The notes: generated by a model from the letters alone, not told the origin. A stretch of DNA of 64,000 nucleotides from Candidatus Ozemobacteraceae bacterium (GCA_965140445.1 OZ223236.1:3744001-3808000); one strand, 5' to 3'; shown: positions 11,218-20,946, counted from the first letter of the stretch. Numbers and translations are program-made.

Positions 11218-11345
11218 TTTTTCCTTCGCTATCTTTATAAGAGCTTTTTTCGATCCTCGAATAAATAGTAACAGAACTTTTTCCTATTTTGAAACGTTTT
11301 ACGTCCCATAATAAAAAAAGGAACAGTAAAAACACAAAAAGCGGG

Positions 11346-11378
11346 AAAAAAAGGGCCCCTGGATAAAATACCAGGGGC
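11346..11378 (-). terminator. Rho-independent terminator of the putative sigma54 sRNA
   Basis: GCCCCTGG-N8-CCAGGGGC stem followed by CC and TTTTTTT on the minus strand. Confidence 0.8.
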
Positions 11379-11559
11379 AAAGTGAGAGGATCTTTTGAGA
11401 GGATACGTGAAGTCGCGCGGGGACGCGACTAAGCGTAAAAACAAAGGTTCAACCTGTTAACCAGTTACGATCTTTGGATTGACAAAAACATGCGTTAATA
11501 GACCATAAATCGCCGAAGCGAAAGGTTTTAAGATTGATCCCTAATTATCAAAGAACGAA
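11346..11559 (-). ncRNA. Putative sigma54-dependent small regulatory RNA (~215 nt)
   Basis: Bounded by a consensus sigma54 promoter and an intrinsic terminator. Contains a C(UUCG)G hairpin, an AGUCGCG/CGCGACU hairpin with a UCCCCG loop, and two AUCCUCUCA repeats. No ORF with an RBS. Confidence 0.6.
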
Positions 11560-11569
11560 TTTCTATGTA

Positions 11570-11586
11570 AGCAATATCTATGCCAA
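11570..11586 (-). promoter_or_regulatory. Sigma54 (-24/-12) promoter
   Basis: Minus strand TTGGCATAGATATTGCT matches TGGCA-N6-TTGC exactly. Predicted TSS ~11559. Confidence 0.8.
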
Positions 11587-11638
11587 CTTATTTTTTTCAA
11601 ACAACCTACAAAACACAAGAAAACCCCCAGTCTTTTGA

Positions 11639-11684
11639 GTGCGATTTTTTCACATGTGCACTTTTCGCACGTTAGTTTTCGCAC
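11639..11684. promoter_or_regulatory. Putative enhancer (UAS) for a sigma54 activator: three imperfect GTGCGA-N3-TCGCAC palindromes
   Basis: GTGCGATTTTTTCAC, GTGCACTTTTCGCAC and CGTTAGTTTTCGCAC lie about 80-125 bp upstream of the sigma54 TSS. Confidence 0.55.
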
Positions 11685-11969
11685 ACTCGACTCTGACCAG
11701 TCTTTTTTCAACTTATCTTAGTCCAAAAAAACTGTTTGCCCCTATTCAAAGCTAGATCAAACAACTATAGGTGTAGAATTTTAATCTTAACATGAAATTT
11801 TGGACCCAGATGATAAGGGCAACTGCAAATGTAGATTTGAAATAATTGAAGATTACCTATATAATATTGCGCAAATCTTATTGTAAACTGATTCCCTTAC
11901 ACACCATTTAAGTATTTAATAAGCTTTAAGCTGATTGAATAACTGCCGGAAACCAACAAGGAATTAACG

Positions 11970-12851
11970 ATGGATCAATTAATATACGGGTTCTCCAACG
12001 AAAAAAAAATATCTCTCACATTTGTAGACGTCACCGACACAGCTAAAGAGTTAGAGAAAAAGCATCTCTCAGGCCCTACAGCCGGAAGATTTCTTGCTGA
12101 AGCTCTTGTTTCAGTAGCACTGTTGTCTGGAGAGCTTGGCCAGCCTGACGAAAGAATTTCCCTGCAAGCACAGGTTGACGGCCCTATAGGTGGATGTTTT
12201 GTGGATGCATCAAAAGATGGCAGTCTTAGAGGATATTCAAATATTAAAATTTTGAATAAATTTGATGAATCTGATCAAACCCCTTTAGCCGAGGTTCTTG
12301 GAGACAATGGAGCTATCACTCTCATCCATTCAAGTAAATTCCATGTTCTATCTCAAAAACGTTTTCAATGTTCTCCATTAAACCTTAGACACGGAATAGC
12401 CAGATACTACAATGATGACCAGAATAAACCCACCGCGGTAGAAATCAGTGCAGTATCAAGATCTCATTATCTTCACAATGCTACAGGGCTTATGGTTACA
12501 AGAATGCCAGAAGGAGATTCAGAAGACTTTGTTCCACTCCTTGAAAGATTTAACGACAAAACAATCCAAAAAGCTTTAAATCAAATGGTAGATATTGAAC
12601 TAATGGGAGCGAGGCTCGGTTTAAATGATTTGAAAATCATTGAAAAAAGGCCCCTGAAGTTTAATTGCACCTGTAGTCATGAAAAAGTTATTAATTCGCT
12701 ATCATGCATGAAACTTGATGAGCTTAACGAGTTCATTGAGACAAAAACAGAGCCAGAAGTTACCTGTCACTTCTGCAGCAATACTTATCGGGTTTCAATT
12801 CAAGAAGTAACCAATCTGATTCTATCAATTTCAGAAAAGCCAAAGGAATAA
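11970..12851 (+). CDS. hslO: Hsp33 redox-regulated chaperone
   Basis: DGPIGG..VDA..DGSLRGY and a C-terminal zinc centre CTCS...CHFC. Upstream TTGAAA-N17-TATAAT. Confidence 0.88.
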   Translation: MDQLIYGFSNEKKISLTFVDVTDTAKELEKKHLSGPTAGRFLAEALVSVALLSGELGQPDERISLQAQVDGPIGGCFVDASKDGSLRGYSNIKILNKFDESDQTPLAEVLGDNGAITLIHSSKFHVLSQKRFQCSPLNLRHGIARYYNDDQNKPTAVEISAVSRSHYLHNATGLMVTRMPEGDSEDFVPLLERFNDKTIQKALNQMVDIELMGARLGLNDLKIIEKRPLKFNCTCSHEKVINSLSCMKLDELNEFIETKTEPEVTCHFCSNTYRVSIQEVTNLILSISEKPKE

Positions 12852-12859
12852 AAAGGGAA

Positions 12860-14794
12860 ATGAGTAAAGTAATTAAAGCCCCCTTCGGCTCATGGGATTC
12901 CCCATTAACAACCGATAAAGTAGTTGAAAAATCGGCTTCATTAGGGGAAGTAAAGGTCTCTGAAAACGGAGAAATTTACTTTCTTGAATTTCGTCCCACA
13001 GATAAAGGAAGAACCGTTTTAGTAAAGCTTGAGAATGGGGAAAAACAAGACATCACCCCTTCTCCGTATAATATAAGAACCCGTTTGCATGAGTATGGTG
13101 GCAGCTCAATCCTTTTTTCAGACAATTGCTACTATTTTTCAGAATTTTCTGACCAAAGAATCTATAGGCACGACCTCGGGTCTAAACCAGTTCCAATTAC
13201 CCCAGAGAAGCCCTGGAGATTTGCTAATTTCACCCTGGACAAGTCCAGAAACCTTCTTTTTTCAATAATGGAAGATCATTCTGAAAGTTCCCATGAACCA
13301 GAGAACTGCATAGCAAAAATCAATTTATCCACAGGCCAGGTTGAAAAAATCCTTACGGGTTATGATTTCTATTCTTCACCAGCACTTAGCAATGACGGAA
13401 AGCGCCTGGCGTATTTCTGTTGGAATCACCCTCAAATGCCATGGGATGGTAATGAATTATGGGTTGCCGATCTTGATGAAAATGGAGAGGTCCTTAATAG
13501 AACGCTGATTACTGGAGGAAAAAGAGAATCCACCTTTCAACCAGAATGGTCATCTGATGGTTCTCTTTATTATGTGACAGACAAACAAAACGGTTGGTGG
13601 AATTTGTATAGAAACGATTTCACCACTGAAAAGAATCTTTACCCCATTGAAGCAGAGTTTGGCCGTCCTCAATGGAAAATCGGCGATAAAAGTTTCCTGA
13701 TCATAGATGAGAATCTTACAATTTTCACATTTAACCTCAAAGGAACCTGGAAAATTGGCTTGATGGATAAGCGAAAAGAAACACCAAGAGTCTTTGACTC
13801 AGTAATTTCGAGCTTTTCATCATTGAATTATCACAATGGTAAGATTATATTTCTAGGCGCTTCACCAGTTGACTCCCCCGCAATATTTTCTCTGGATATT
13901 GATTCAGGCGAATTTGAAAAGCTATTTGCCCTGGAAAAAATCCCAATAGAAAAAGAATTTATTTCTGTACCAGAAGCTCTTGAATTCCCCACCGATGGCG
14001 GAGAGACAGCACACGCTTTTTTTTATCCTCCATGTAATCCAGGATACGAAGGTCTTGATAAAGAGCTCCCCCCTCTAGTGGTAATGAGCCACGGAGGTCC
14101 TACGGCTTGCGCCTCTAATATTCTTGCAATTGCAACCCAATTCTGGACAACCAGAGGATTTGCCGTGGTGGATGTAAATTATGGCGGAAGCACTGGCTAT
14201 GGAAGAGAATACAGAGAGCGCTTACATGGAAACTGGGGAGTTGTCGACATGCATGATTGCGAAAACGCAGCTCAGTATCTAGCTCAAAAAGGCTTAATAG
14301 ATAAGAATAGAATTGCAATTCGTGGCGGCAGTGCGGGTGGATACTCTACCCTATGTGCCCTCACCTTCTTAAATAGCTTCCATGTCGGAGCCAGCTATTT
14401 TGGCGTAAGCAACCTTGAAGCACTTGCCAGAGATACCCATAAGTTTGAAGCCAGATATTGCGACAGCATGGTTGGCCCATATCCAGAGGCCAAAGAAATT
14501 TATTATAAAAGATCTCCCATAAATTTTACGGAAAAGCTCTCTTGCCCGGTTATATTCTTTCAGGGATTAGAGGATAAAGTTGTTCCACCAAACCAAGCTG
14601 AAGAAATGTATAAAAAACTCATTGAGAAAAACCTTCCCACAGCATATATGGCCTATCCAGGAGAAGCCCATGGTTTTAGAGAAGCTGCCAATATAAAGCA
14701 TTCTCTAGAAACGGAACTTTACTTCTACTCAAGGGTTTTTAACTTTGAACCCGCTGGAAACATAGCAAAAATTGAGATTAGAAATCTAAAATAG
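12860..14794 (+). CDS. S9 family peptidase (dipeptidyl aminopeptidase/acylaminoacyl peptidase)
   Basis: APFGSWDSP, HEYGG, SHGGPT, GGSAGG nucleophile, DKVVPP, EAHGF. Confidence 0.93.
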   Translation: MSKVIKAPFGSWDSPLTTDKVVEKSASLGEVKVSENGEIYFLEFRPTDKGRTVLVKLENGEKQDITPSPYNIRTRLHEYGGSSILFSDNCYYFSEFSDQRIYRHDLGSKPVPITPEKPWRFANFTLDKSRNLLFSIMEDHSESSHEPENCIAKINLSTGQVEKILTGYDFYSSPALSNDGKRLAYFCWNHPQMPWDGNELWVADLDENGEVLNRTLITGGKRESTFQPEWSSDGSLYYVTDKQNGWWNLYRNDFTTEKNLYPIEAEFGRPQWKIGDKSFLIIDENLTIFTFNLKGTWKIGLMDKRKETPRVFDSVISSFSSLNYHNGKIIFLGASPVDSPAIFSLDIDSGEFEKLFALEKIPIEKEFISVPEALEFPTDGGETAHAFFYPPCNPGYEGLDKELPPLVVMSHGGPTACASNILAIATQFWTTRGFAVVDVNYGGSTGYGREYRERLHGNWGVVDMHDCENAAQYLAQKGLIDKNRIAIRGGSAGGYSTLCALTFLNSFHVGASYFGVSNLEALARDTHKFEARYCDSMVGPYPEAKEIYYKRSPINFTEKLSCPVIFFQGLEDKVVPPNQAEEMYKKLIEKNLPTAYMAYPGEAHGFREAANIKHSLETELYFYSRVFNFEPAGNIAKIEIRNLK

Positions 14795-14807
14795 TTAAAA
14801 AAACAAA

Positions 14808-14848
14808 GGCCAGAGCTAAAGTCATTTTAGTTCTGGCCATTTTATTTT
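14808..14848. terminator. Terminator between the convergent S9 peptidase and xthA
   Basis: GGCCAGAGCTAAA / TTTAGTTCTGGCC stem with flanking A/T runs. Confidence 0.65.
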
Positions 14849-14858
14849 CCGGATTCTT

Positions 14859-15671
14859 TTACTCAAATGTTGCCCAGACAGGAGCATGGTCTGATGGTTT
14901 TTCCATTGCTCTTATTTCCAGATCGATTCCAGAATCAGTAAATCTTTCAGAGAAAGCTTTTGAAGCCAGCAATAAATCTATGCGCAGGCCACGCTTTGGA
15001 TCATCTTCAAATCCCTTACTTCGGTAATCAAACCAGCTAAAAGTATCAGAAACATCAGGAGAGAACTTTCGATACAGATCAACCAGTCCCCAGTTTACCA
15101 GAGCTTCCAACCACTCCCTTTCTTCAGGAAGGAAACAACATTTCCCGGTCTTAAGCCATCTTTTGGCATTTATAGGACCAATTCCAATATCATTATCACC
15201 GGGCGCAATGTTCATGTCGCCCATAATAACCAGGTTATCGGTTTTTTTAAAATCTGACTTCAGGTAATCAAGAAGATCTGCATAAAACTTTTGTTTTGCA
15301 GGAAACTTGGTTGGATGATCCCGGCTTTCGCCTTGCGGAAAATACCCATTAATAATTACAAAAGGCTTACCTTTATCATCCTGGTAAGTTCCGGCAATTA
15401 ATCTTCGTTGCGCAAGTTCATCATCACCGGGAAACCCTTTTCGAATGTCCACTGCTTTCTTCAAAGACATTAAAGCAACTCCGTAATGCCCCTTCTGCCC
15501 AAAAAAATCCACATGGTATCCCATATCATCAAAGGCCTTAACCGGAAAAGCGTCATCGACAACCTTAATCTCCTGCAAACCGACAACATCAGGACGATGC
15601 GTTTCAACAAATTTCTCAACTTGATGTAATCTTGCTCTTATTCCATTTACATTGAATGATGCTATTTTCAT
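14859..15671 (-). CDS. xthA: Exodeoxyribonuclease III
   Basis: [50 protein letters not shown]. Start at ATG 15671 (GGAG RBS). Confidence 0.95.
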   Translation of the reverse strand: MKIASFNVNGIRARLHQVEKFVETHRPDVVGLQEIKVVDDAFPVKAFDDMGYHVDFFGQKGHYGVALMSLKKAVDIRKGFPGDDELAQRRLIAGTYQDDKGKPFVIINGYFPQGESRDHPTKFPAKQKFYADLLDYLKSDFKKTDNLVIMGDMNIAPGDNDIGIGPINAKRWLKTGKCCFLPEEREWLEALVNWGLVDLYRKFSPDVSDTFSWFDYRSKGFEDDPKRGLRIDLLLASKAFSERFTDSGIDLEIRAMEKPSDHAPVWATFE

Positions 15672-15942
15672 TTTTTCTCCATTTATCGGAAAACCACCTC
15701 GGGGCCGTTCAATTAAATCCTGGCACTCAGCTTCGATGGTTGTTTCCAGAATCAAAAATACAGTTCAAATTTTAATGTTTTAAGACTCCAAATCTTCAAA
15801 CAAAAGATTTTTATGAGTCATCATTCTAACAAATTTACCTAAACTTTGGCAGTATGGTTTTGCAGAGTTAGCCCCAATAACAAAAAAAAACTTTTTCGAA
15901 AAAAATCAGTATAATAATAAGATATTAACTTAGGGGTACCTT

Positions 15943-17142
15943 ATGCGATATAGATTTTTTATGCTATCAGCGCTGCTCTCAATGCTTTTTTTCTCAGCAA
16001 CTTTATCTGCCAATCCTTTTTCAGAGGAAGAAATTTTCGTTCCGGTGAATGTTCAGATTGAACAACCAGCATCCGAAATAGAATCAGCTCAAGTAGCTTC
16101 TTTTACCACAATTGAAACGCTTGTCGCCTCCGATTCATTGTCTTTGTGGAAAGATCTTCAAAAACTCTATGGAACCCTGGGAAAACGTACAGGCAAACAA
16201 AACACCCACAGCGACAGCGAAAACGCCGTAGAACACCATTTAGATGGGTATGACAACTTAGATATTGATATTGATGGTGATAACTACTGCGGACAATTTG
16301 CAATGAGCACGCTGCTAAACGGCATGGGAATTGAAACTGACCCGCAAAAAGTTTATCAGGAATCCAACCCGGCTGGCATTTTCACCGCGCCACCTACAAT
16401 TGTAGAATATTTGCGTATGAACGGCATAAAAGCCAAAATGAAAAACCAGGCCTCGGTTAACGATATAGTTAAACGTATTGATGATGGAAAACCTGTTATG
16501 GTTCTTGTTGATTCAGGCGATGGCATCCCCCACTGGATTTGTATTACTGGTTATGACACCGATGATAAAGGCAATGTAACATCTGTTAGGATGCGTGATT
16601 CATACTGGGGAACCAGAGGTCCACACACAATGAGCATCAGCGACTTTGAAAAAGCATGGAAATCACCATTTGGCAGTGGAACCCTTAGCAGTCTTGTAAG
16701 CTATTCAAATCTACTGATTGATAATTATGGAACTTATCCACCAAACTCAACCCCTCCAATTTATCCGGGCACATTTGACACTGCAACCGAAGACAATATG
16801 GCATCAGGTATTAACGATGTGGTTAATGGCTGGAAAAACCACTCAGTATCCAAAGTTATCGGTGGTGCTTCCAAATTACTTCTGGGTCTTCCAGGAGCAA
16901 TTGGCGGCGTAGCTTCTAATTTTGCAGATAAAACAAGTCAGAATTGGATGGAATGGGGCCGAAATAAGATGGGTGAAAACGGTCTTGGAAACAAGATCCT
17001 TGGCGGCGCAGCTTTTGCAGGCGGAGCAATAACTAATACCGTAGCCAAAGCAGGAAAAGCAGTCTCCAACCTTTGGTCCAGCCAGGTTTCAATCATTGGA
17101 AATGGTATTAAAAAGCTTGGTTCTCTTTTTTCAAGAAACTAA
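15943..17142 (+). CDS. Secreted C39-like (papain-fold) cysteine peptidase with Gly-rich C-terminal extension
   Basis: Signal peptide. NYCGQFAMSTLL (Cys), PHWICITGYD (His), RDSYWG (Asp). Confidence 0.75.
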   Translation: MRYRFFMLSALLSMLFFSATLSANPFSEEEIFVPVNVQIEQPASEIESAQVASFTTIETLVASDSLSLWKDLQKLYGTLGKRTGKQNTHSDSENAVEHHLDGYDNLDIDIDGDNYCGQFAMSTLLNGMGIETDPQKVYQESNPAGIFTAPPTIVEYLRMNGIKAKMKNQASVNDIVKRIDDGKPVMVLVDSGDGIPHWICITGYDTDDKGNVTSVRMRDSYWGTRGPHTMSISDFEKAWKSPFGSGTLSSLVSYSNLLIDNYGTYPPNSTPPIYPGTFDTATEDNMASGINDVVNGWKNHSVSKVIGGASKLLLGLPGAIGGVASNFADKTSQNWMEWGRNKMGENGLGNKILGGAAFAGGAITNTVAKAGKAVSNLWSSQVSIIGNGIKKLGSLFSRN

Positions 17143-17156
17143 CCTATTTATCATAT

Positions 17157-17202
17157 AAAACAATGCCCCCCGATCCGCAATTGGATCGGGGGGCATTGTT
17201 TT
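17157..17202. terminator. Bidirectional intrinsic terminator
   Basis: Perfect 20-bp inverted repeat AAAACAATGCCCCCCGATCC / GGATCGGGGGGCATTGTTTT between convergent genes. Confidence 0.85.
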
Positions 17203-17227
17203 TCAGCAAATAACAAAGAACCTGGCC

Positions 17228-17407
17228 TTAACCATTAATTTCTTCCAGTATTTCCAGAATATCATCATTGCATTGCCCGCATACGGTTGAAGCCTCTGTC
17301 ACTTCTCCAACTTCCTTGACGGTTTTTAACGATTTCTCTTTAATCGCCTTAACAATTTCACTTTTATAAATGCCCTTACAAATGCAAACCAATTTATCCT
17401 CTTCCAT
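17228..17407 (-). CDS. BFD-like [2Fe-2S]-binding protein (59 aa, not in ORF track)
   Basis: Own translation: MEEDKLVCICKGIYKSEIVKAIKEKSLKTVKEVGEVTEASTVCGQCNDDILEILEEING. CxC...CxxC motif and GGAGG RBS. Confidence 0.88.
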   Translation of the reverse strand: MEEDKLVCICKGIYKSEIVKAIKEKSLKTVKEVGEVTEASTVCGQCNDDILEILEEING

Positions 17408-17511
17408 GTTTTCCTCCGTTATTAGTTCCTGGCTTTTTTTAGTCCTCTAATATAAGTTTAAGATACTTTTTTCCAGAGTCAAACAAAGTTTCTCAACCTG
17501 CCTGCTTTTGA

Positions 17512-20500
17512 TTAATTTCCTATGCAATACCCCTTTAATCTTGCCAGAAGATTAACTTTATTCATTTGCTCTATTGAGTTTACTGAAGTGCTGAAAAGGT
17601 CTGGATTACCAACAATTATCGCCAGGGCCTGAGCTCTTGAAATTGCCACATTAATTCTATTTTTATCAAAGATAAAATCAATGCCTCTGGGTGATTCTGA
17701 AGGATCACTTGTGCATAAACTGAAAAAGACTACAGGCGCTTCCTGTCCCTGAAATTTGTCCACGCTTCCAACCTTGGCGAATTCGCCAAGAGCTAATTTT
17801 AGCTTATTCACCTGATGGTTGTAGGGAGCAACAAAAAGCATATCATTCCAATCTATAGCTTTCTCGGCACCATGTTTATCAACATAAATTCGACCAAGAA
17901 GCTCATTGGCTTTTTTAGCAATTAACTCCGCTTCTTCATCACTGGCCTGAGTATTTCCCTCATGTTCAACTGGAATAAAAATGATCCCGGCAGACCTGTC
18001 CAGCTCTCCAACATATCCTTCTGGAACCTGAATTTTCTGTTGATCATTTTCTGGTGAGGATTTTAACTTTCCTTCATATATAGCTTCACTAATATAATCA
18101 TTTACAGAAGAATGCATTCTGTAGGTTGTGCCCAGAAAAACACCCATATTATCTGGAATAATTGGTGATTCGTGCAAAAGGAAATCCAGGATTGATAATC
18201 CGCTATCTTCAGGATGAATGCCTTGTGATGGCTGGCCAAGTTGCATTTGGTCACCCATTAAAACCAGATTTTCAGCAGAACGACTCATACCAACCAGATT
18301 TGCAACAGCAACCTGCCCGGCTTCATCAATAAACAAGTAATCAAACTGCTTTTCCCAATCAGTTCTACAGAAACCCCAGGCCGTAGTTCCAACAACACAA
18401 CCGTCCTGCAGCTGCCCAAGAATATCTGCATTCTTCAGAACCGAGATTCCATTTTCCTCAATTTCCGGCCCGGTATTTTTGGAACAAATACATTGAGCCG
18501 ATATATTGTTTTCCCTACAATGCCGAGCAACACCAATAAGAAGATTATTAATCGCTTTATGGCTATTACTTGAAATCCCAATTCTTTTCCCGAGACTAAC
18601 AAGTTCAGCAATTATGTGCTTCCCGGTGTAGGTTTTGCCAGAACCGGGCGGCCCCTGAATGGTCAGATAACTGTTGTCTAAATTTACGACAGCTGAAACA
18701 ATTTCCTTCAATCTATCAGAAGGATTTTCGCAATTTACAACTGGTTTTTGAGAATCAATTCGACCCTTGATACGAGGGGGATTTCGATGCAAAAAGTCAC
18801 CAATTGCAGTGCCCTCGAATTTACCAAATTCATAATCCGTTACCACCGCGTCTATTGATTGTGGGATAGGATCGGGCCTGATGTATTCATCTGGGATTAA
18901 AGTTAAAATCTGGGGAAGGTCAGAACCAGAAGTTACTACAAGTTTTCCCTTTGAAAGGTCACTTTCCTCATCTAACAACGCCGCCCTTAAAAAGTTTCCC
19001 TTACTGTCCTCTTCTCCTACCACATAATAGTTTTTTGCGTTTGCCTTGAACTCCTGCTCCGGATTAAATTTGTATTCATAGGCAAGGTTTCGTGACCTGG
19101 GTTTAGGCTTAAAAGGTTCCCTTGAAGTTCTTATGCAACCTGCAAGACAATCAATATCATTAACAAGTTCTTCAACTTCAAGACCGATTCTATCAAATAA
19201 TCTCCAGAAAACCGGCTTTGCTTCGCGACGATGGAATTCCAATGTCCAGGCAAGGTTTTCAGAAATCCGTGCTTTAGTTCTATCTTCTTTTGAAGCTCTT
19301 TCAAGAAGTTTATCGCGAAGCTTTGTGCGATTAGTAACCTCTTCAGGGAGTTCAGGCTCCTCGGTTTCCACTTTTCCAATAAACTGGATTCCATTACTTT
19401 GCTGCTGTTCTCTTAACCATAAAACTAATTCCTGTGTAGAGTTACAATCATCAATATTGTAGTCTCTTATATCCTTTAAAACCTTTGAGGTTTGCCAGGT
19501 GTCGCCGTCTAAACCATTTCTGGAATTTTCACGCCACTCTTCATAAACCACAACAGAATCACCACCACAACCAACTTCGGTTTCTCTCTTGCCTCGGTAG
19601 AGGTGTTCCACATTTTTAATTGAATATCTTGGCTCACCGACCAGCAATGCACCTTTAACGACTTTATACAAATCCACAAAAACTTCGTTTCTGAGTAACT
19701 GATCAACCTCAAATTCACAAACTCCATATCTGCTCATAAGCTTTCTACAAGCAGCTATCTCATAATTTGCATAATGATATATGTGCATAGTTCTATCTTT
19801 TTCCCAGAGTCCATAAACCCATGCAATAAATTCTTGAAAAGCCTTTTTTTCCTGTATTCTGTCGTGAGCCCAGAAATCCTTAAATTGTCTGTTTCCATTC
19901 TCATCAACAAAAGTGCATCCCCATAAGTATTCCAATCCCCCATCATCCAATGGAAATCCCTCAATATCAAAAAACACATCATTGTCCGAATGCGGGGGAA
20001 GTAATGCCAAACCAATCTTTCTACCTTCCGGGTGGTCCTTAACTTCAAACAGAGGCGGAATTCTGCCTGCGCTTCTCTTCTGGATGGATGCCTGAGCCTT
20101 AATATTATCAAAGGTTGCCATGCTCAACCCGGAAATGCGTTGTACGTTTGAACTGATTAAAGCTTCACATGTATATATGCCGGCTTGATTAAGCTTTTTC
20201 ACATTGGATCGGGTAATATTTGCGATTTGCGACAGGTGATCCCTTTCCTGTAATATTTTCTCTGCGTAGGTTCCCCATGCACCAAAGCTTCTCGAATCGT
20301 ATGGGTCCGGCATTTCTTTCGGATTAAAATTACTTTGCTCGTGCAGAAATCTTTCTTTTAAGGCCAGGTAATAAAAAAAGTAATCGTCAGTTTTTAACTT
20401 CTCAATATCGCCTCTGCCAAGAGCTAAAGTTATTGTTTTTGGTCTGGAACCCTGAACGGACTCCAAAATGTCAGAATAGCAACAAAGCTGAGTAACAAAC

Positions 20501-20946
20501 TCAGGTCTGGCTCTTGATGCAAGTTTTGTATCAATTACCTCATACAAATAATCTCCAAAACGACTGGAACCTGGCACCTTAATAAGAAAATCGGCAAATC
20601 CACGAAATGAAAATGCTTCAAGAACTCCCTGAAAAATTATATCAACTCCACTTTCCATGGCACTCAGGGTTTTAAGCAGTCGCTGCTCAACCTTTTGTTC
20701 GCTGGATTCCCCATCGCCTGACAAATCTGCAATGGTTTTCCCTTGTTCCTCAAATTCCTTTAATAATTTTTTCTCCAGATCCAATCCTTTTTTTGCCAGT
20801 AAACCTGACAAATCATCAGCTGGATCAGCTTGTGGAACTAAATCCGGATGCTCCATTCGTAACCGATTCATCCAACTCGCAAAAGGGCTTACCATGAAAG
20901 TTGTTAAATCAGTTGGAGAGTATACAATCTCATTTCTTTTAAACAT
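17512..20946 (-). CDS. TM0106-family RecB-like nuclease fused to RNase H-like domain and SF1 (DNA2/NAM7-like) helicase
   Basis: SPTDL, GFADFLIK..YEVIDTKLA..QLCCY, FFDIEG, YSIKNVE, YNIDDC, QGPPGSGKT, IDEAGQ, GDQMQL, GSVDKFQGQEA, NRINVAISRA. ATG 20946 preferred. Confidence 0.9.
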   Translation of the reverse strand: MFKRNEIVYSPTDLTTFMVSPFASWMNRLRMEHPDLVPQADPADDLSGLLAKKGLDLEKKLLKEFEEQGKTIADLSGDGESSEQKVEQRLLKTLSAMESGVDIIFQGVLEAFSFRGFADFLIKVPGSSRFGDYLYEVIDTKLASRARPEFVTQLCCYSDILESVQGSRPKTITLALGRGDIEKLKTDDYFFYYLALKERFLHEQSNFNPKEMPDPYDSRSFGAWGTYAEKILQERDHLSQIANITRSNVKKLNQAGIYTCEALISSNVQRISGLSMATFDNIKAQASIQKRSAGRIPPLFEVKDHPEGRKIGLALLPPHSDNDVFFDIEGFPLDDGGLEYLWGCTFVDENGNRQFKDFWAHDRIQEKKAFQEFIAWVYGLWEKDRTMHIYHYANYEIAACRKLMSRYGVCEFEVDQLLRNEVFVDLYKVVKGALLVGEPRYSIKNVEHLYRGKRETEVGCGGDSVVVYEEWRENSRNGLDGDTWQTSKVLKDIRDYNIDDCNSTQELVLWLREQQQSNGIQFIGKVETEEPELPEEVTNRTKLRDKLLERASKEDRTKARISENLAWTLEFHRREAKPVFWRLFDRIGLEVEELVNDIDCLAGCIRTSREPFKPKPRSRNLAYEYKFNPEQEFKANAKNYYVVGEEDSKGNFLRAALLDEESDLSKGKLVVTSGSDLPQILTLIPDEYIRPDPIPQSIDAVVTDYEFGKFEGTAIGDFLHRNPPRIKGRIDSQKPVVNCENPSDRLKEIVSAVVNLDNSYLTIQGPPGSGKTYTGKHIIAELVSLGKRIGISSNSHKAINNLLIGVARHCRENNISAQCICSKNTGPEIEENGISVLKNADILGQLQDGCVVGTTAWGFCRTDWEKQFDYLFIDEAGQVAVANLVGMSRSAENLVLMGDQMQLGQPSQGIHPEDSGLSILDFLLHESPIIPDNMGVFLGTTYRMHSSVNDYISEAIYEGKLKSSPENDQQKIQVPEGYVGELDRSAGIIFIPVEHEGNTQASDEEAELIAKKANELLGRIYVDKHGAEKAIDWNDMLFVAPYNHQVNKLKLALGEFAKVGSVDKFQGQEAPVVFFSLCTSDPSESPRGIDFIFDKNRINVAISRAQALAIIVGNPDLFSTSVNSIEQMNKVNLLARLKGYCIGN

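Noticed and set aside
11235..11444. 69-aa minus-strand ORF in the track
   Set aside because: It has a TTG start with no SD and runs straight through a strong terminator. The region is better explained as non-coding RNA.
11346..11559. 6S RNA, SRP, RNase P or riboswitch identity for the structured RNA
   Set aside because: I found no long 5'-3' closing stem and no signature motif that I recognise. An Rfam search is still needed to exclude these formally.
15721..15864. Sigma54-like sequences TGGCACTCAGCTTCG and TTGGCAGTATGGTTTTGC
   Set aside because: The first lacks the -12 TTGC. The second has the wrong spacing (8 instead of 6).
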